Shown piece after piece: positions 45,470 to 55,449 of a DNA stretch of 64,000 nt (the stretch's first letter is position 1; each line of letters starts with the position of its first letter). The notes beneath the pieces were generated by a model. That model worked only from the letters and a program-made list of their open reading frames with translations. It did not search any database and was not told where the DNA came from. The stretch comes from Melittangium boletus DSM 14713 (lineage in GTDB: Bacteria > Myxococcota > Myxococcia > Myxococcales > Myxococcaceae): the NCBI RefSeq assembly GCF_002305855.1, contig NZ_CP022163.1, positions 7,195,765 through 7,259,764 of the forward strand, in the 5' to 3' direction. The position numbers and the translations under genes are program-made.

Positions 45470-46738
45470 GTGGAGAGTCACGTGTCAAACCGTCGAGTCG
45501 TCATCACCGGTACCGGCATCCTCACGGCACTGGGCACCGGTACCGAGAAGAACTGGAAGGCGATGCTCGCCGGGCAGTCCGGTATCGCGAACATCACCCG
45601 CTTCGATGTGGGCAAGATCGACACCCGCTTCGCCGGTGAGGTGAAGGACTTCCAGCCCGAGCAGTTCATCGAGAAGCGCGAAGTGCGCCGGATGGACTTG
45701 TTCGCCCAGTTCGCGCTCGCGGCGGCCGAGATGGCCGTCAAGGAGAGCGGTCTGCCCATCGGGCCGGACGCTCCCCACGGCTACACGCCCGAGAAGGTGG
45801 GCGTCATCGTCGGCTCGGGCATTGGTGGCATCTCCTCGCTCGAGGAGCAGTACCGCAAGGGGGCCGAGAAGGGGTTCGATCGGCTCTCGCCCTTCTTCAT
45901 CATCCAGATGATCATCAACATGGCGCCTGGCCTCATCTCCATGCGCTATGGGTGCAAGGGCCCCAACTGGTCGCCCGTGTCCGCCTGCGCCACCAGCGCG
46001 CACGCCATTGGCGAGGCGTGGAAGTCCATCCGCCTGGGCGAGTGCGACGCGGTCATCGCCGGCGGCGCCGAGGCGGCCATCACCCCGCTGGGCATGGGCG
46101 GCTTCTCCGTGATGAAGGCCCTGTCCAACTACAACGAGGATCCGTCTCGCGCGAGCCGTCCGTTCGACAAGGACCGGGATGGCTTCGTGATGGGCGAGGG
46201 CGCGGGCATCATCGTGCTCGAGGAGCTGGAGCACGCGAAGAAGCGCGGTGCCCGCATCCTGGCGGAGCTGGTGGGCTACGGGGCCAATTCGGACGCTCAC
46301 CACGTGACGCAGCCCGCTCCGGAAGGCGAGGGCGCGGCGCGCTGCATGCGCCTGGCGCTCGCGTCCGCGGGGATGAACCCCGAGGACGTGGGCTACATCA
46401 ACGCGCACGGCACCTCCACGCCCTTCAACGACGCCAACGAGACCAAGGCCATCAAGACGGTGTTCGGCGCGCACGCGAAGAAGCTTCCCGTGTCGTCCAC
46501 CAAGTCCATGACGGGCCACATGCTGGGCGCGGCCGGTGGCGCAGAGGCCGTGGTGAGCGTGATGACGCTCCTGCACGGCATCATCCCGCCGACCATCAAC
46601 TACGCCACGCCGGATCCGGACTGCGATCTCGACTACGTGCCCAACCAGGCGCGGGAGCAGCGCGTGAACGCGGTGATGAGCAATTCGTTTGGTTTTGGTG
46701 GCACCAACGCGGTGCTGCTGTTCAAACGCTTCCAGTAA
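45470..46738 (+). CDS. fabF: 3-oxoacyl-ACP synthase II FabF
   Basis: [12 protein letters not shown], active-site Cys ([11 protein letters not shown]), HGTSTP and GHMLGAAG motifs. Start is GTG at 45470 or 45482. Confidence 0.9.
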   Translation: MESHVSNRRVVITGTGILTALGTGTEKNWKAMLAGQSGIANITRFDVGKIDTRFAGEVKDFQPEQFIEKREVRRMDLFAQFALAAAEMAVKESGLPIGPDAPHGYTPEKVGVIVGSGIGGISSLEEQYRKGAEKGFDRLSPFFIIQMIINMAPGLISMRYGCKGPNWSPVSACATSAHAIGEAWKSIRLGECDAVIAGGAEAAITPLGMGGFSVMKALSNYNEDPSRASRPFDKDRDGFVMGEGAGIIVLEELEHAKKRGARILAELVGYGANSDAHHVTQPAPEGEGAARCMRLALASAGMNPEDVGYINAHGTSTPFNDANETKAIKTVFGAHAKKLPVSSTKSMTGHMLGAAGGAEAVVSVMTLLHGIIPPTINYATPDPDCDLDYVPNQAREQRVNAVMSNSFGFGGTNAVLLFKRFQ

Positions 46739-46789
46739 CACTGCCCGGGCCTCCCTTTCGGGGGCCCGTCGTGTGTGGCGAGGGCTCCC

Positions 46790-47239
46790 ATGAAGGTCAT
46801 CATCGCGTCGGATCACGCGGGCCTGGAGTTGCGCCGCGAACTCGTGAAGGCACTCCAGGAGTCGCGCGCCGAGGTGGATGACCTGGGCCCGGCCACGGCC
46901 GAGTCCGTGGACTACCCGGACTTCGCCCGCCAGGTGGCGCTCGCGGTGGCCGAGGGCCGCGCCACCTATGGCGTGCTCGTGTGTGGCACCGGCATGGGCA
47001 TGGCGATCACCGCCAACAAGTTCCCGGGCATCCGCGCCGCGCTGTGCACGGACGAGTTCGTGGCCCGCATGTCCCGCGCCCACAACGACGCCAACGTGCT
47101 GTGTCTGGGCCAGCGGGTGGTGGGCCCGGGACTCGCCCGGAGCATCCTGGACGCCTTCCTGGCCACCCCCTTCGAGGGCGGACGCCATCAGCGGCGCCTG
47201 GACAAGATTCGCGAGGCCGAGTCCGGCAACGGGCGCTGA
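46790..47239 (+). CDS. rpiB: Ribose-5-phosphate isomerase B
   Basis: [11 protein letters not shown]...[10 protein letters not shown] typical RpiB/LacAB. Confidence 0.8.
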   Translation: MKVIIASDHAGLELRRELVKALQESRAEVDDLGPATAESVDYPDFARQVALAVAEGRATYGVLVCGTGMGMAITANKFPGIRAALCTDEFVARMSRAHNDANVLCLGQRVVGPGLARSILDAFLATPFEGGRHQRRLDKIREAESGNGR

Positions 47240-47271
47240 CGGCCATCATTCCAACCGAGGAGACACAATCC

Positions 47272-48528
47272 ATGGAGAACACCCGCAAGCTGGCCGAGGT
47301 CGACCCGGAGATCGCCAAGGTCCTCGTGGAGGAGACGCGGCGCCAGGAAGAAGGCCTGGAGCTCATCGCCTCGGAGAACTTCGTCAGTCCCGCCGTGATG
47401 GAGGCCGTGGGCTCGGTCCTCACCAACAAGTACGCGGAGGGCTACCCCGGCAAGCGCTACTACGGCGGCTGCGAGGTGGTGGACGTGGCCGAGTCCCTGG
47501 CCATCTCCCGCGCCAAGGAGCTCTTCGGCGCCGAGTACGTCAACGTGCAGGCCCACTCGGGCAGCCAGGCCAACATGGGCGCCTACATGGCGCTGATGAA
47601 GCCGGGCGACACGCTGCTCGCCCTGGACTTGAATTCGGGTGGCCACCTCACCCACGGCTCCGCGTTCAACTTCTCCGGCAAGCTCTACAAGGCCGTGCAC
47701 TACGGGCTCACCCGTGACACGGAGACGATCGACTACGCGCAGGCCGCCGCCCTGGCCAAGGAGCACAAGCCCCGCGTGGTGGTGGTGGGCGCCTCGGCCT
47801 ATCCGCGCGTCATCGACTTCGCCAAGTTCCGCGAGATCGCCGACAGCGTGGGCGCCGCGCTCATGGTGGACATGGCCCACATCGCCGGTCTCGTGGCCGC
47901 GGGCATCCACCCCTCGCCCGTGCCCCTGGCCGACATCGTCACCAGCACCACGCACAAGACGCTGCGCGGCCCGCGCGGAGGCCTCGTGCTCGCCAAGGAG
48001 CCCTACGGCAAGACGCTCAACAGCCAGATCTTCCCGGGCATCCAGGGCGGCCCGCTCATGCACGTCATCGCCGGCAAGGCCGTGGCCTTCCGCGAGGCGC
48101 TGTCGCCCGAGTTCAAGGCCTACCAGAAGCAGATCGTCGCCAATGCCCAGGCGCTCGCCGAGGCCCTGCAGAAGGGCGGCCTGCGCCTGTGCTCCGGCGG
48201 CACGGACAACCACCTGATGCTCGTGGACCTGCGCCCCAAGAAGCTCGTGGGCAAGGTGGCCGAGGAGGTGCTGGGCAAGGCCGGCATCACGGTGAACAAG
48301 AACATGATTCCGTTCGATCCGGAGAAGCCCACGGTGACGTCCGGCGTGCGCATCGGCACCCCGGCCCTCACCTCGCGCGGCATGAAGGAAGCGGAGATGG
48401 CCACCGTGGGCGCGCTGGTGGTGGAGGCGTTGGACCACGCCTCGGACGAGCCGCGTCTGGGCCACATCCGCGCCCGCATCCAGGAGTTCACCCAGGGCTT
48501 TCCGCTCTACGCCTCGCGCCTGAAGTAG
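47272..48528 (+). CDS. glyA: Serine hydroxymethyltransferase
   Basis: [23 protein letters not shown] (PLP Lys). RBS GAGGAG before the ATG at 47272. Confidence 0.9.
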   Translation: MENTRKLAEVDPEIAKVLVEETRRQEEGLELIASENFVSPAVMEAVGSVLTNKYAEGYPGKRYYGGCEVVDVAESLAISRAKELFGAEYVNVQAHSGSQANMGAYMALMKPGDTLLALDLNSGGHLTHGSAFNFSGKLYKAVHYGLTRDTETIDYAQAAALAKEHKPRVVVVGASAYPRVIDFAKFREIADSVGAALMVDMAHIAGLVAAGIHPSPVPLADIVTSTTHKTLRGPRGGLVLAKEPYGKTLNSQIFPGIQGGPLMHVIAGKAVAFREALSPEFKAYQKQIVANAQALAEALQKGGLRLCSGGTDNHLMLVDLRPKKLVGKVAEEVLGKAGITVNKNMIPFDPEKPTVTSGVRIGTPALTSRGMKEAEMATVGALVVEALDHASDEPRLGHIRARIQEFTQGFPLYASRLK

Positions 48529-48548
48529 CGGGAGGCCCCCCCCCGCCC

Positions 48549-49046
48549 ATGCGCTGCCCCTTCTGCCAGGACGCCGAGAACAAGGTCATCGACTCGCGCG
48601 AGTCTCAGGAGGGGTCCGTCATCCGACGGCGCCGCGAGTGTCTGAGCTGCAAGCGGCGCTTCACGACGTACGAGCGGGTGGAGGAGCTCGCTCCGCTCAT
48701 CGTGAAGAAGGATGGGCGGCGCGAGACGTTCGATCGGGACAAGCTGCTCGCGGGCCTGCAGAAGGCCTGTGAGAAGCGCCCGGTGTCCTCGGATCGCCTG
48801 GAGGAGACGGTGGCCGCCGTCGAGCGGCTGCTGCAGGGGATGGGGGAGAAGGAAGTTCCCTCGTCGGTCATCGGCGAGGAGGTGATGCGTCGGTTGCAGG
48901 CGCTGGATGAAGTGGCCTACGTCCGCTTCGCCTCGGTGTACCGCAGCTTCCACGACATCACCGAGTTCATGGAGGAGCTCAAGGACTTGCTGTCGGAACG
49001 GGCACGGGAGCGCAAGCCGCCGCGTCCTCCGGACAAGGAAGGTTGA
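48549..49046 (+). CDS. nrdR: Transcriptional repressor NrdR
   Basis: MRCPFCQ...[12 protein letters not shown] zinc ribbon plus ATP-cone. Confidence 0.85.
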   Translation: MRCPFCQDAENKVIDSRESQEGSVIRRRRECLSCKRRFTTYERVEELAPLIVKKDGRRETFDRDKLLAGLQKACEKRPVSSDRLEETVAAVERLLQGMGEKEVPSSVIGEEVMRRLQALDEVAYVRFASVYRSFHDITEFMEELKDLLSERARERKPPRPPDKEG

Positions 49047-49052
49047 CGGGCG

Positions 49053-50228
49053 ATGCGGCTCTTGACGCGAGCGCGGTTGCAGGCGGGGCGTGCGCCCCGG
49101 GCGAAGCGCACGGCGGACTTCGATCAGGCCGTGGCGGAGTTCTTCATGCGCCTGGCGCTGGAGGAAGCCGCCAAGGGGCTCGGGCGGACCAGTCCCAACC
49201 CGGCGGTGGGCGTGGTGCTGGTGAAGAGCGGCCGCATCATCGCGCGGGGCTACCATCGCCGGGCCGGAACCGCTCACGCCGAGGTGGTGGCGCTCGAGTC
49301 CGCCGGCTCCAAGGCACGGGGCGCGGACCTCTACACGACGCTGGAGCCGTGTGATCACTACGGGCGCACGCCTCCGTGCAGCCAGGCCATCCTGGACGCG
49401 GGCGTGCGCCGCGTCATCAGCGCCTCGTCGGATCCCAACCCCAAGGTGAATGGCAAGGGCATCTCCCGGCTGCGGCGCGCTGGAGTGGAGGTGCTCACCG
49501 GCGTCCTCGTGGAGGAGGCGGATCGCCTCAATCGTCCGTTCTTCAAGGCGATGACCACGGGGCTCCCCTACGTCTCGCTCAAGGCGGCGGTGACCCTGGA
49601 TGGCAAGCTGGCCACCGCCACGGGAGATTCCCGCTGGGTGACGGGCGAGCAGGCCCGGGCGTGGGTGCACCGGCTGCGCGATCAGGTGGATGTCATCCTC
49701 GTGGGCGCCAACACCGCTCGCAGGGACAATCCCCAGCTCACCACCCGGCTGCCGGGCGGCGAGGGGAAGGATCCCGTGCGGGTGGTGGTGGATTCACGCC
49801 TGCGCCTGCCCGCCACGCTGACCGTCTTCACCCAGCGCTCGCCCGCGCGCACCGTGGTGGCCACGTTGGAGGACCCCGCGGGCCGCAAGGCGAAGCGCTT
49901 CCTCGCGGCCGGGGTCGACGTCTGGCAACTGCCCGAGAAGAAGGATCAGGTGGACCTGGAAGCGCTCATGCGCCGGCTGGCCAAGGAGGGCCTGAACCAC
50001 GTCCTGGTGGAGGGCGGAGCGGAGATGTACGGCTCCTTCCTGCGCGAGGAGCTGGCGGATGAGTTGCTGCTGTTCGTCGCCCCCAAGCTGATTGGCGGCG
50101 AGGGCCTGTCCTGGTCGGGTTCCCTGGGGGTCAAGCAGATGGCGCGGGCCCTCACCGTGAGCGCGCTCTCCTACGAGCAGGTCGGAGAGGATCTGCTGCT
50201 CCGGGCCAGGCTGCCCGGGTCACGTTGA
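49053..50228 (+). CDS. ribD: Riboflavin biosynthesis deaminase/reductase RibD
   Basis: Deaminase HAEVVAL...PCDHYGRTPPC plus C-terminal reductase domain. N-terminal start is uncertain. Confidence 0.85.
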   Translation: MRLLTRARLQAGRAPRAKRTADFDQAVAEFFMRLALEEAAKGLGRTSPNPAVGVVLVKSGRIIARGYHRRAGTAHAEVVALESAGSKARGADLYTTLEPCDHYGRTPPCSQAILDAGVRRVISASSDPNPKVNGKGISRLRRAGVEVLTGVLVEEADRLNRPFFKAMTTGLPYVSLKAAVTLDGKLATATGDSRWVTGEQARAWVHRLRDQVDVILVGANTARRDNPQLTTRLPGGEGKDPVRVVVDSRLRLPATLTVFTQRSPARTVVATLEDPAGRKAKRFLAAGVDVWQLPEKKDQVDLEALMRRLAKEGLNHVLVEGGAEMYGSFLREELADELLLFVAPKLIGGEGLSWSGSLGVKQMARALTVSALSYEQVGEDLLLRARLPGSR

Positions 50229-50256
50229 GTTCCCCGGGCGTCTGGACAGGCGGGGC

Positions 50257-51489
50257 CTAGAGGGCCACGCGCAGCGTCTCCAGGCGGCGCCGGATGGGAG
50301 GCAGCGGCCGGTAGTCGGGCTTGTTCACGTCGAAGAGCGGCCGGATGTTGGGCATGCGGTGGATGATCTCCCGGAGGCAGATCTGCGTCTCCATGCGCGC
50401 CAGCGCCGTGCCCAGGCAGTAGAACGAGCCCAGGCCGAACGCCAGGCTGCGCACCGTGGTGGGCCGGGTGATGTCGAACCGGTCGGGATTGGGGTACAGG
50501 GCCGGATCGCGGCTGCCCGCGCGCAGCATGAGGATCATCATGCTGTTGGCCGGCACGTGTCCTCCCACCAGCTCCAGGGGCTTGGGCGTCACGCGGGTGA
50601 TCAGGTCCACCGGGCCGTCATAACGCAGCGTTTCCTCGACGGCGGCGGGGATGAGCTCGGGCCGATCCTTGATCATCTGGAACTGCTCGGGATTCTGCAT
50701 CAGCGCCAGCAGGGCGTTGGCGATGAGGTACACCGTGGTCTCGTGGCCTCCGAACATCAGGGCCACGCAGTTGCCCAGGATTTCCGCGTCGCTCTTCATC
50801 TGGCCCTCGGCCTGGGCCGTGGCGAGCACGCTGGGCAGATCGTCCAGGGGCGCGTGACGGCGCGCCTCGACGATGGGCTTCATGTAGTCCTGGATGGCCA
50901 GGATGGCCTTCTGGGTTTCCAGCAGCGTGGGCAGGTCGGCGATGCGGAACAGGTTGAGCGCTTGCTGGGACCACTGCTGGAGCTGATCGCGATCCTCCTG
51001 GGGCACCCCGAGCAGCTCCCCGATGATGTTGCAGGGCAGGGGATTGGCGATCTCCTGGATGATGTCGACCTCGGTCTTGCCCTCCACGGCGTCGAACAGC
51101 GACTTGACGAGGCTCTCGACGCGGGGGCGCAGACTCTCGATGGTGGCCGACGTGAGGTAGCGCCGCAGGACGCGCTGGATGCGCTGGTGATCGTCGTTGT
51201 TCTTGTGGCCCATCCACAAATCCAGCGACGCGCGCAACGGTTGGAGTTGCTCCTGGGCCTCCTGGGGCATCTGGTCGATCCACCCCGTGAGCATCGCGGA
51301 GCCCATGTCCGGATCCTTGAGCACCATGACGATGTCGTCGTAGCGCGTCAGCACGTACCCCTGGAGCTGAGGGCTGTAATACACCGGGTTCTCCGCCCGC
51401 AGCCGGGTCAGGAGCTCGGTGGGATCCTCGAGGACCGAAGGAGCGAACAGATCGTAATTCGAGGTGGAAACGGCGGGCGCAGCGCTCAT
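50257..51489 (-). CDS. Cytochrome P450
   Basis: ETLR (ExxR) and heme-binding [10 protein letters not shown], 410 aa. On the strand opposite to the flanking rib genes. Confidence 0.85.
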   Translation of the reverse strand: MSAAPAVSTSNYDLFAPSVLEDPTELLTRLRAENPVYYSPQLQGYVLTRYDDIVMVLKDPDMGSAMLTGWIDQMPQEAQEQLQPLRASLDLWMGHKNNDDHQRIQRVLRRYLTSATIESLRPRVESLVKSLFDAVEGKTEVDIIQEIANPLPCNIIGELLGVPQEDRDQLQQWSQQALNLFRIADLPTLLETQKAILAIQDYMKPIVEARRHAPLDDLPSVLATAQAEGQMKSDAEILGNCVALMFGGHETTVYLIANALLALMQNPEQFQMIKDRPELIPAAVEETLRYDGPVDLITRVTPKPLELVGGHVPANSMMILMLRAGSRDPALYPNPDRFDITRPTTVRSLAFGLGSFYCLGTALARMETQICLREIIHRMPNIRPLFDVNKPDYRPLPPIRRRLETLRVAL

Positions 51490-51697
51490 TGGGTGACCTC
51501 TCGAATCCAGAGTTTATGAGGATAGCCCGGGTCAGGATGGGCCTCCAAGCAAGCGGCCTCGTGAGGCGCGCTCCCCCCATGCATGGATTTGCCTGGGTTG
51601 TATTTATTGGATTTCGCCGACCCGATAAAGGGCCCCCGGCCCTGGCCTCGTGTGGGGGCGGATCCCCAGGCGGGAATCCGTTATAAGTCCGCGCGAC

Positions 51698-52342
51698 ATG
51701 TTCACCGGACTCATCCAGGACATTGGCGTGGTGGAGCGGGTCATCCCCGGCGGGATGACGGATGTATGGATTCGTACGGCGCTGGGCGCCAAGGACTTCG
51801 AGCTGGGCGAGTCCATCGCGGTCGATGGGGCCTGTCTCACCGTGGTGGAGTGCGCGGGGGAGTCCTTCCGGGTCCAGGCCGCGCCGGAAACCCTGCGGCG
51901 CACCACGCTCGGCTCGCGCACGCCCGGCACCCGCGTCAACCTCGAGCGGGCGCTCGCGCTGGGGGATCGGCTGGGAGGCCACCTCGTCAGTGGCCACGTG
52001 GATGCCGTGAGCGAGGTGCTGGAGGCGCGGCCCGAGGGAGGCTCGTGGGTGATGCACTTCCGGCTCTCCGCGGACATCGCCCCCTTCTTCATCGAGAAGG
52101 GCTCGGTGGCCATCGACGGCGTCAGCCTCACCGTCAACTCGGTGGGGGTGGACCGCTTCGGCGTGCAGCTCATCCCCGAGACGCAGGCGCGCACCACGCT
52201 GCGCTCGCGCGCGGTGGGCGAGCGGGTGAACCTGGAGGCGGACATGATTGGCAAGTACGTGGCGCGGCTCGTGTCGCTGCGCCAGGGCCCGGGTGGCGGG
52301 CTCACCGAGGCGGCGCTCAAGGCGGCCGGCTTCGGGGGTTGA
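51698..52342 (+). CDS. ribE: Riboflavin synthase alpha subunit
   Basis: [10 protein letters not shown] and two lumazine-binding repeats. Start ATG at 51698. Confidence 0.85.
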   Translation: MFTGLIQDIGVVERVIPGGMTDVWIRTALGAKDFELGESIAVDGACLTVVECAGESFRVQAAPETLRRTTLGSRTPGTRVNLERALALGDRLGGHLVSGHVDAVSEVLEARPEGGSWVMHFRLSADIAPFFIEKGSVAIDGVSLTVNSVGVDRFGVQLIPETQARTTLRSRAVGERVNLEADMIGKYVARLVSLRQGPGGGLTEAALKAAGFGG

Positions 52343-52367
52343 GCTCAAGGAAGGACCAGGAATTCTC

Positions 52368-53564
52368 ATGGCGCACGGCAAGCAGCGGGAAACGGACAGC
52401 ATCGCCCTGGTGGAGCGGGCGCTCGCGGAGATCCGCAAGGGTCGGATGGTCATCCTCACGGATGACGAGGACCGGGAGAACGAGGGGGACCTCGTCATGG
52501 CGGCGGAGAAGGTGACGCCCCAGGACATCAACTTCATGGCCACCCACGGGCGCGGGCTCATCTGCCTGGCGCTCAACGAGGAGCGCATCCGCCGGCTCAA
52601 CCTGCCCCTCATGGTGCAGGACAACACCTCCTCCTTCCAGACGGCCTTCACCGTCTCCATCGAGGCCGCGCAGGGCGTGTCCACCGGCATCTCCGCCGCG
52701 GACCGTGCCCACACCATCCAGGTGGCCGTGGCGCCGAACGCCAAACCGGCGGATCTCTCGCGTCCCGGGCACATCTTCCCCCTCCGGGCCCGGGAGGGCG
52801 GGGTGCTGGTGCGCACCGGTCAGACGGAGGGCAGCGTGGACCTGGCGCGGATGGCGGGACTGCGGCCCGCGGGCGTCATCTGCGAGATCATGAACGCGGA
52901 TGGCAGCATGGCGCGCCGGCCGGACCTGGTGAAGTTCGCCCGCAAGCACCAGATGGTGCTCCTGTCCGTGGCCGACATCATCCGCTACCGGCTGGAGCGC
53001 GAGCGGCTGGTCAAGCGGCTCGGCGAGGTGAAGCTGGAGCGCCGGGGCCAGGGCTCCTTCCAGGCCTACACCTACGGCAGCGACGTGGACAACGCCGTGC
53101 ACGTGGCCCTGGTGAAGGGGGACCTGTCCGGCCGGGAGCCCGTGCTCACCCGCGTCCACCGCTCCTGCCTGATGGGGGACGTGCTGGGCAGCGCCGGGTG
53201 CGAGTGCGGCATCCAGCTGGAGCGGGCCTTCCAGCGCATCCACGAGGCGGGGCGCGGAGTGGTCGTCATCCTCCAGCGCGACGCCTCCGCGAAGAACCAG
53301 CTGCGCTGCACCCACGTGCCCAACGAGGAGATGGTCCCCGGGCACAAGGATCAGACGCGCCTGCGCGAGTTCGGGGTGGGCGCGCAGATCCTCAAGGATC
53401 TGAGGCTCACCCGGTTGCGCCTGCTCACCAACAACCCCAAGAAAATCGTGGGGTTGGAGAGCTATTCGCTGGAAGTGGTGGAGCAGGTCCCCCTGGCCGA
53501 GGCTTCCGCGCCCACCCGGAAGGTGGCCGCTCGCCGGCCCCCTCGCCCCCGGCAGGTGCCTTGA
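52368..53564 (+). CDS. ribBA: Bifunctional DHBP synthase / GTP cyclohydrolase II
   Basis: RENEGDLV (RibB) and [10 protein letters not shown]...CECG (RibA zinc site). Confidence 0.9.
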   Translation: MAHGKQRETDSIALVERALAEIRKGRMVILTDDEDRENEGDLVMAAEKVTPQDINFMATHGRGLICLALNEERIRRLNLPLMVQDNTSSFQTAFTVSIEAAQGVSTGISAADRAHTIQVAVAPNAKPADLSRPGHIFPLRAREGGVLVRTGQTEGSVDLARMAGLRPAGVICEIMNADGSMARRPDLVKFARKHQMVLLSVADIIRYRLERERLVKRLGEVKLERRGQGSFQAYTYGSDVDNAVHVALVKGDLSGREPVLTRVHRSCLMGDVLGSAGCECGIQLERAFQRIHEAGRGVVVILQRDASAKNQLRCTHVPNEEMVPGHKDQTRLREFGVGAQILKDLRLTRLRLLTNNPKKIVGLESYSLEVVEQVPLAEASAPTRKVAARRPPRPRQVP

Positions 53565-53626
53565 GCGGGGCCGGGGAAAACTCGGGGGGGACGCCAGCCG
53601 GGTGGCTGGTGTAGAGAGGGCGCCAC

Positions 53627-54115
53627 ATGCCTCGTTACATCGAAGGTGACTTTCTTCCCCCCAAGGGCCGCTTCGCCATCTGCGTGGCCCGCTTCAACGC
53701 GTTCATCACCGAGGAGCTGGTGAAGGGCGCGGTGGACACGTTGGTGCGCCACGGCGTCGCCGATGGGGACATCGACGTGTTCCGTTGTCCCGGTACCTAC
53801 GAGCTGCCGGCGCTCACCCGGCGCGTGTCGGAAACCCGCGCGTACGTGGGCATCGTCACCCTGGGGGCCGTCATCCGCGGGGGCACGCCCCACTTCGACT
53901 ACGTGTCGGGGGAGTGCACCAAGGGCATCGGCCAGGTGGCCTTCACCTCGCAGGCGGCCGTCACCTTCGGCGTGCTCACGTGCGACACGGTGGAGCAGGC
54001 CATCGACCGGGCCGGCGTGAAGGCGGGCAACAAGGGCTCGGAGGCGGCCCTCGCCTGCATCGAGATGGTCAACCTCCACGCGCGGCTCGCCGCCCTGCCG
54101 CAAGGAAAGAGCTGA
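53627..54115 (+). CDS. ribH: 6,7-dimethyl-8-ribityllumazine synthase
   Basis: ARFNAFITEELVKGA...GTYELP typical RibH. Confidence 0.9.
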   Translation: MPRYIEGDFLPPKGRFAICVARFNAFITEELVKGAVDTLVRHGVADGDIDVFRCPGTYELPALTRRVSETRAYVGIVTLGAVIRGGTPHFDYVSGECTKGIGQVAFTSQAAVTFGVLTCDTVEQAIDRAGVKAGNKGSEAALACIEMVNLHARLAALPQGKS

Positions 54116-54117
54116 CC

Positions 54118-54537
54118 ATGGGCGCGCGCAGAACGGCTCGCGAGCGGGCGCTCCAGGCGCTCTATCAGGTGGAGATGACGCCGGGCCCCATCCTGGCCGC
54201 CCTCGAGGACGCGTGGGCCGCGGCCGAGGTGGCCAACAAGGAGGCCGAGGCGGTGAAGTTCGCCCGTGAGCTCGCCGAGGGCGTCATGGCCCACCGCAAG
54301 GAGATCGATCAGCTCATCGAGGCGCACAGCCACAACTGGCGCCTGGACCGCATGTCGCGCATCGACCGCAACGTGCTGCGCCTGGGCGTCTTCGAGCTGA
54401 AATACCGCCCGGACATCCCCAAGAAGGTGTCGCTCAACGAGGCCGTGGAGCTGGGCAAGAACTTCGGCACCGAGGAGTCCAGCGCCTTCGTCAACGGGTT
54501 GTTGGATCGCGTGGCCGTCGCCCTGGGGAAGCTGTGA
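54118..54537 (+). CDS. nusB: Transcription antitermination factor NusB
   Basis: RERALQALYQ... NusB signature. 2 nt after the ribH stop. Confidence 0.9.
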   Translation: MGARRTARERALQALYQVEMTPGPILAALEDAWAAAEVANKEAEAVKFARELAEGVMAHRKEIDQLIEAHSHNWRLDRMSRIDRNVLRLGVFELKYRPDIPKKVSLNEAVELGKNFGTEESSAFVNGLLDRVAVALGKL

Positions 54538-55022
54538 ACGTCTCCACCCACGAACTCGGCCTGGGGGGCCTGGACTCGCTGCGGGAGGTGGATGCCCTCT
54601 GCCTCTTCGTGGCCGAGGACGATCGTCCCCTGCCGGGCATCGCGGGTTATGTGGACTGGCGGCTGTGCGGCGCGTTGTCGCGCGTGCTCCAATCCGGCTT
54701 CTTCGTGGGTTCCCGGGATGACTCCCTGCTGTTGCCCTCCGATGGAGGCTTTACCGTCCCCCGCGTCTTCGTCCTGGGGCTGGGCCGCCGTGGCGGCATG
54801 GATGCCGCCGCGTTGGGCGAGGCGCTCGCCTCCGCCGGTCAGGTGCTCGCCCGGGCCAAGGTGGATGCGGTGGCACTGGAAATCCCAGGTCAGGGCGCTC
54901 TGGACGACTCCGCGCGTCTCTCCGCCTTCCAGGAGCGCTTCCTGCCCGCCTTCAAGGGCAAGAAGGTGGCCGTCCTGGCGGACAAGGAGTTCGCCCGCCG
55001 TCTTCCCTCCCGCAAGGGCTGA
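54534..55022 (+). CDS. Hypothetical protein, translationally coupled to nusB
   Basis: GTG start overlapping the nusB stop (GTGA). 162 aa, no recognised motif. Confidence 0.5.
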   Translation: MNVSTHELGLGGLDSLREVDALCLFVAEDDRPLPGIAGYVDWRLCGALSRVLQSGFFVGSRDDSLLLPSDGGFTVPRVFVLGLGRRGGMDAAALGEALASAGQVLARAKVDAVALEIPGQGALDDSARLSAFQERFLPAFKGKKVAVLADKEFARRLPSRKG

Positions 55023-55074
55023 GGCGCACCGCTTCTCATCCTTCTGGTAGGATGTCCGGACCGGTTCCTGACAC

Positions 55075-55449
55075 ATGACGTTCAAGATTCTGATCGTGGA
55101 GGATTCGAGGGCCTCGCGGGAATTGATTGCCGCGACGGTGGAGTCCATCCCAGGTCTTGAAGCCGTTACCTCCAGCAGCGGCCTGGAGGCGCTCAAGTTG
55201 CTGCCCCGACACGTCTTCTCGCTCATCATCACCGACATCAACATGCCCGACATCAACGGGCTGGAACTCATCCGCTTCATCAAGAACAACCCGGCCCTGC
55301 GCGACACGCCGCTGTTCATCGTCACCACCGAGGGACGCGAGACGGATCGCGACCGGGGGCTGGCCCTGGGCGCGGTGGAGTACCTCGTGAAGCCCTTCTC
55401 CCCACGCAGCCTGGAAGGGCTCGTGCGGCGCTACCTCCAACTCGCGTGA
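55075..55449 (+). CDS. cheY: Chemotaxis response regulator CheY-like
   Basis: ILIVEDS, IITDINMPDINGLE, conserved Lys (VKPF). 124 aa. Confidence 0.85.
   Translation: MTFKILIVEDSRASRELIAATVESIPGLEAVTSSSGLEALKLLPRHVFSLIITDINMPDINGLELIRFIKNNPALRDTPLFIVTTEGRETDRDRGLALGAVEYLVKPFSPRSLEGLVRRYLQLA

Noticed and set aside
51490-51697. Possible FMN riboswitch upstream of ribE
   Set aside because: I looked for the conserved RFN-element core and could not recognise it by eye. ribE is internal to the classical operon, where a riboswitch is not expected. A Rfam scan would settle it.
50618-52816. 732-aa minus-strand ORF spanning the P450, ribE and ribBA regions
   Set aside because: Compositionally biased frame artefact overlapping three well-supported genes.
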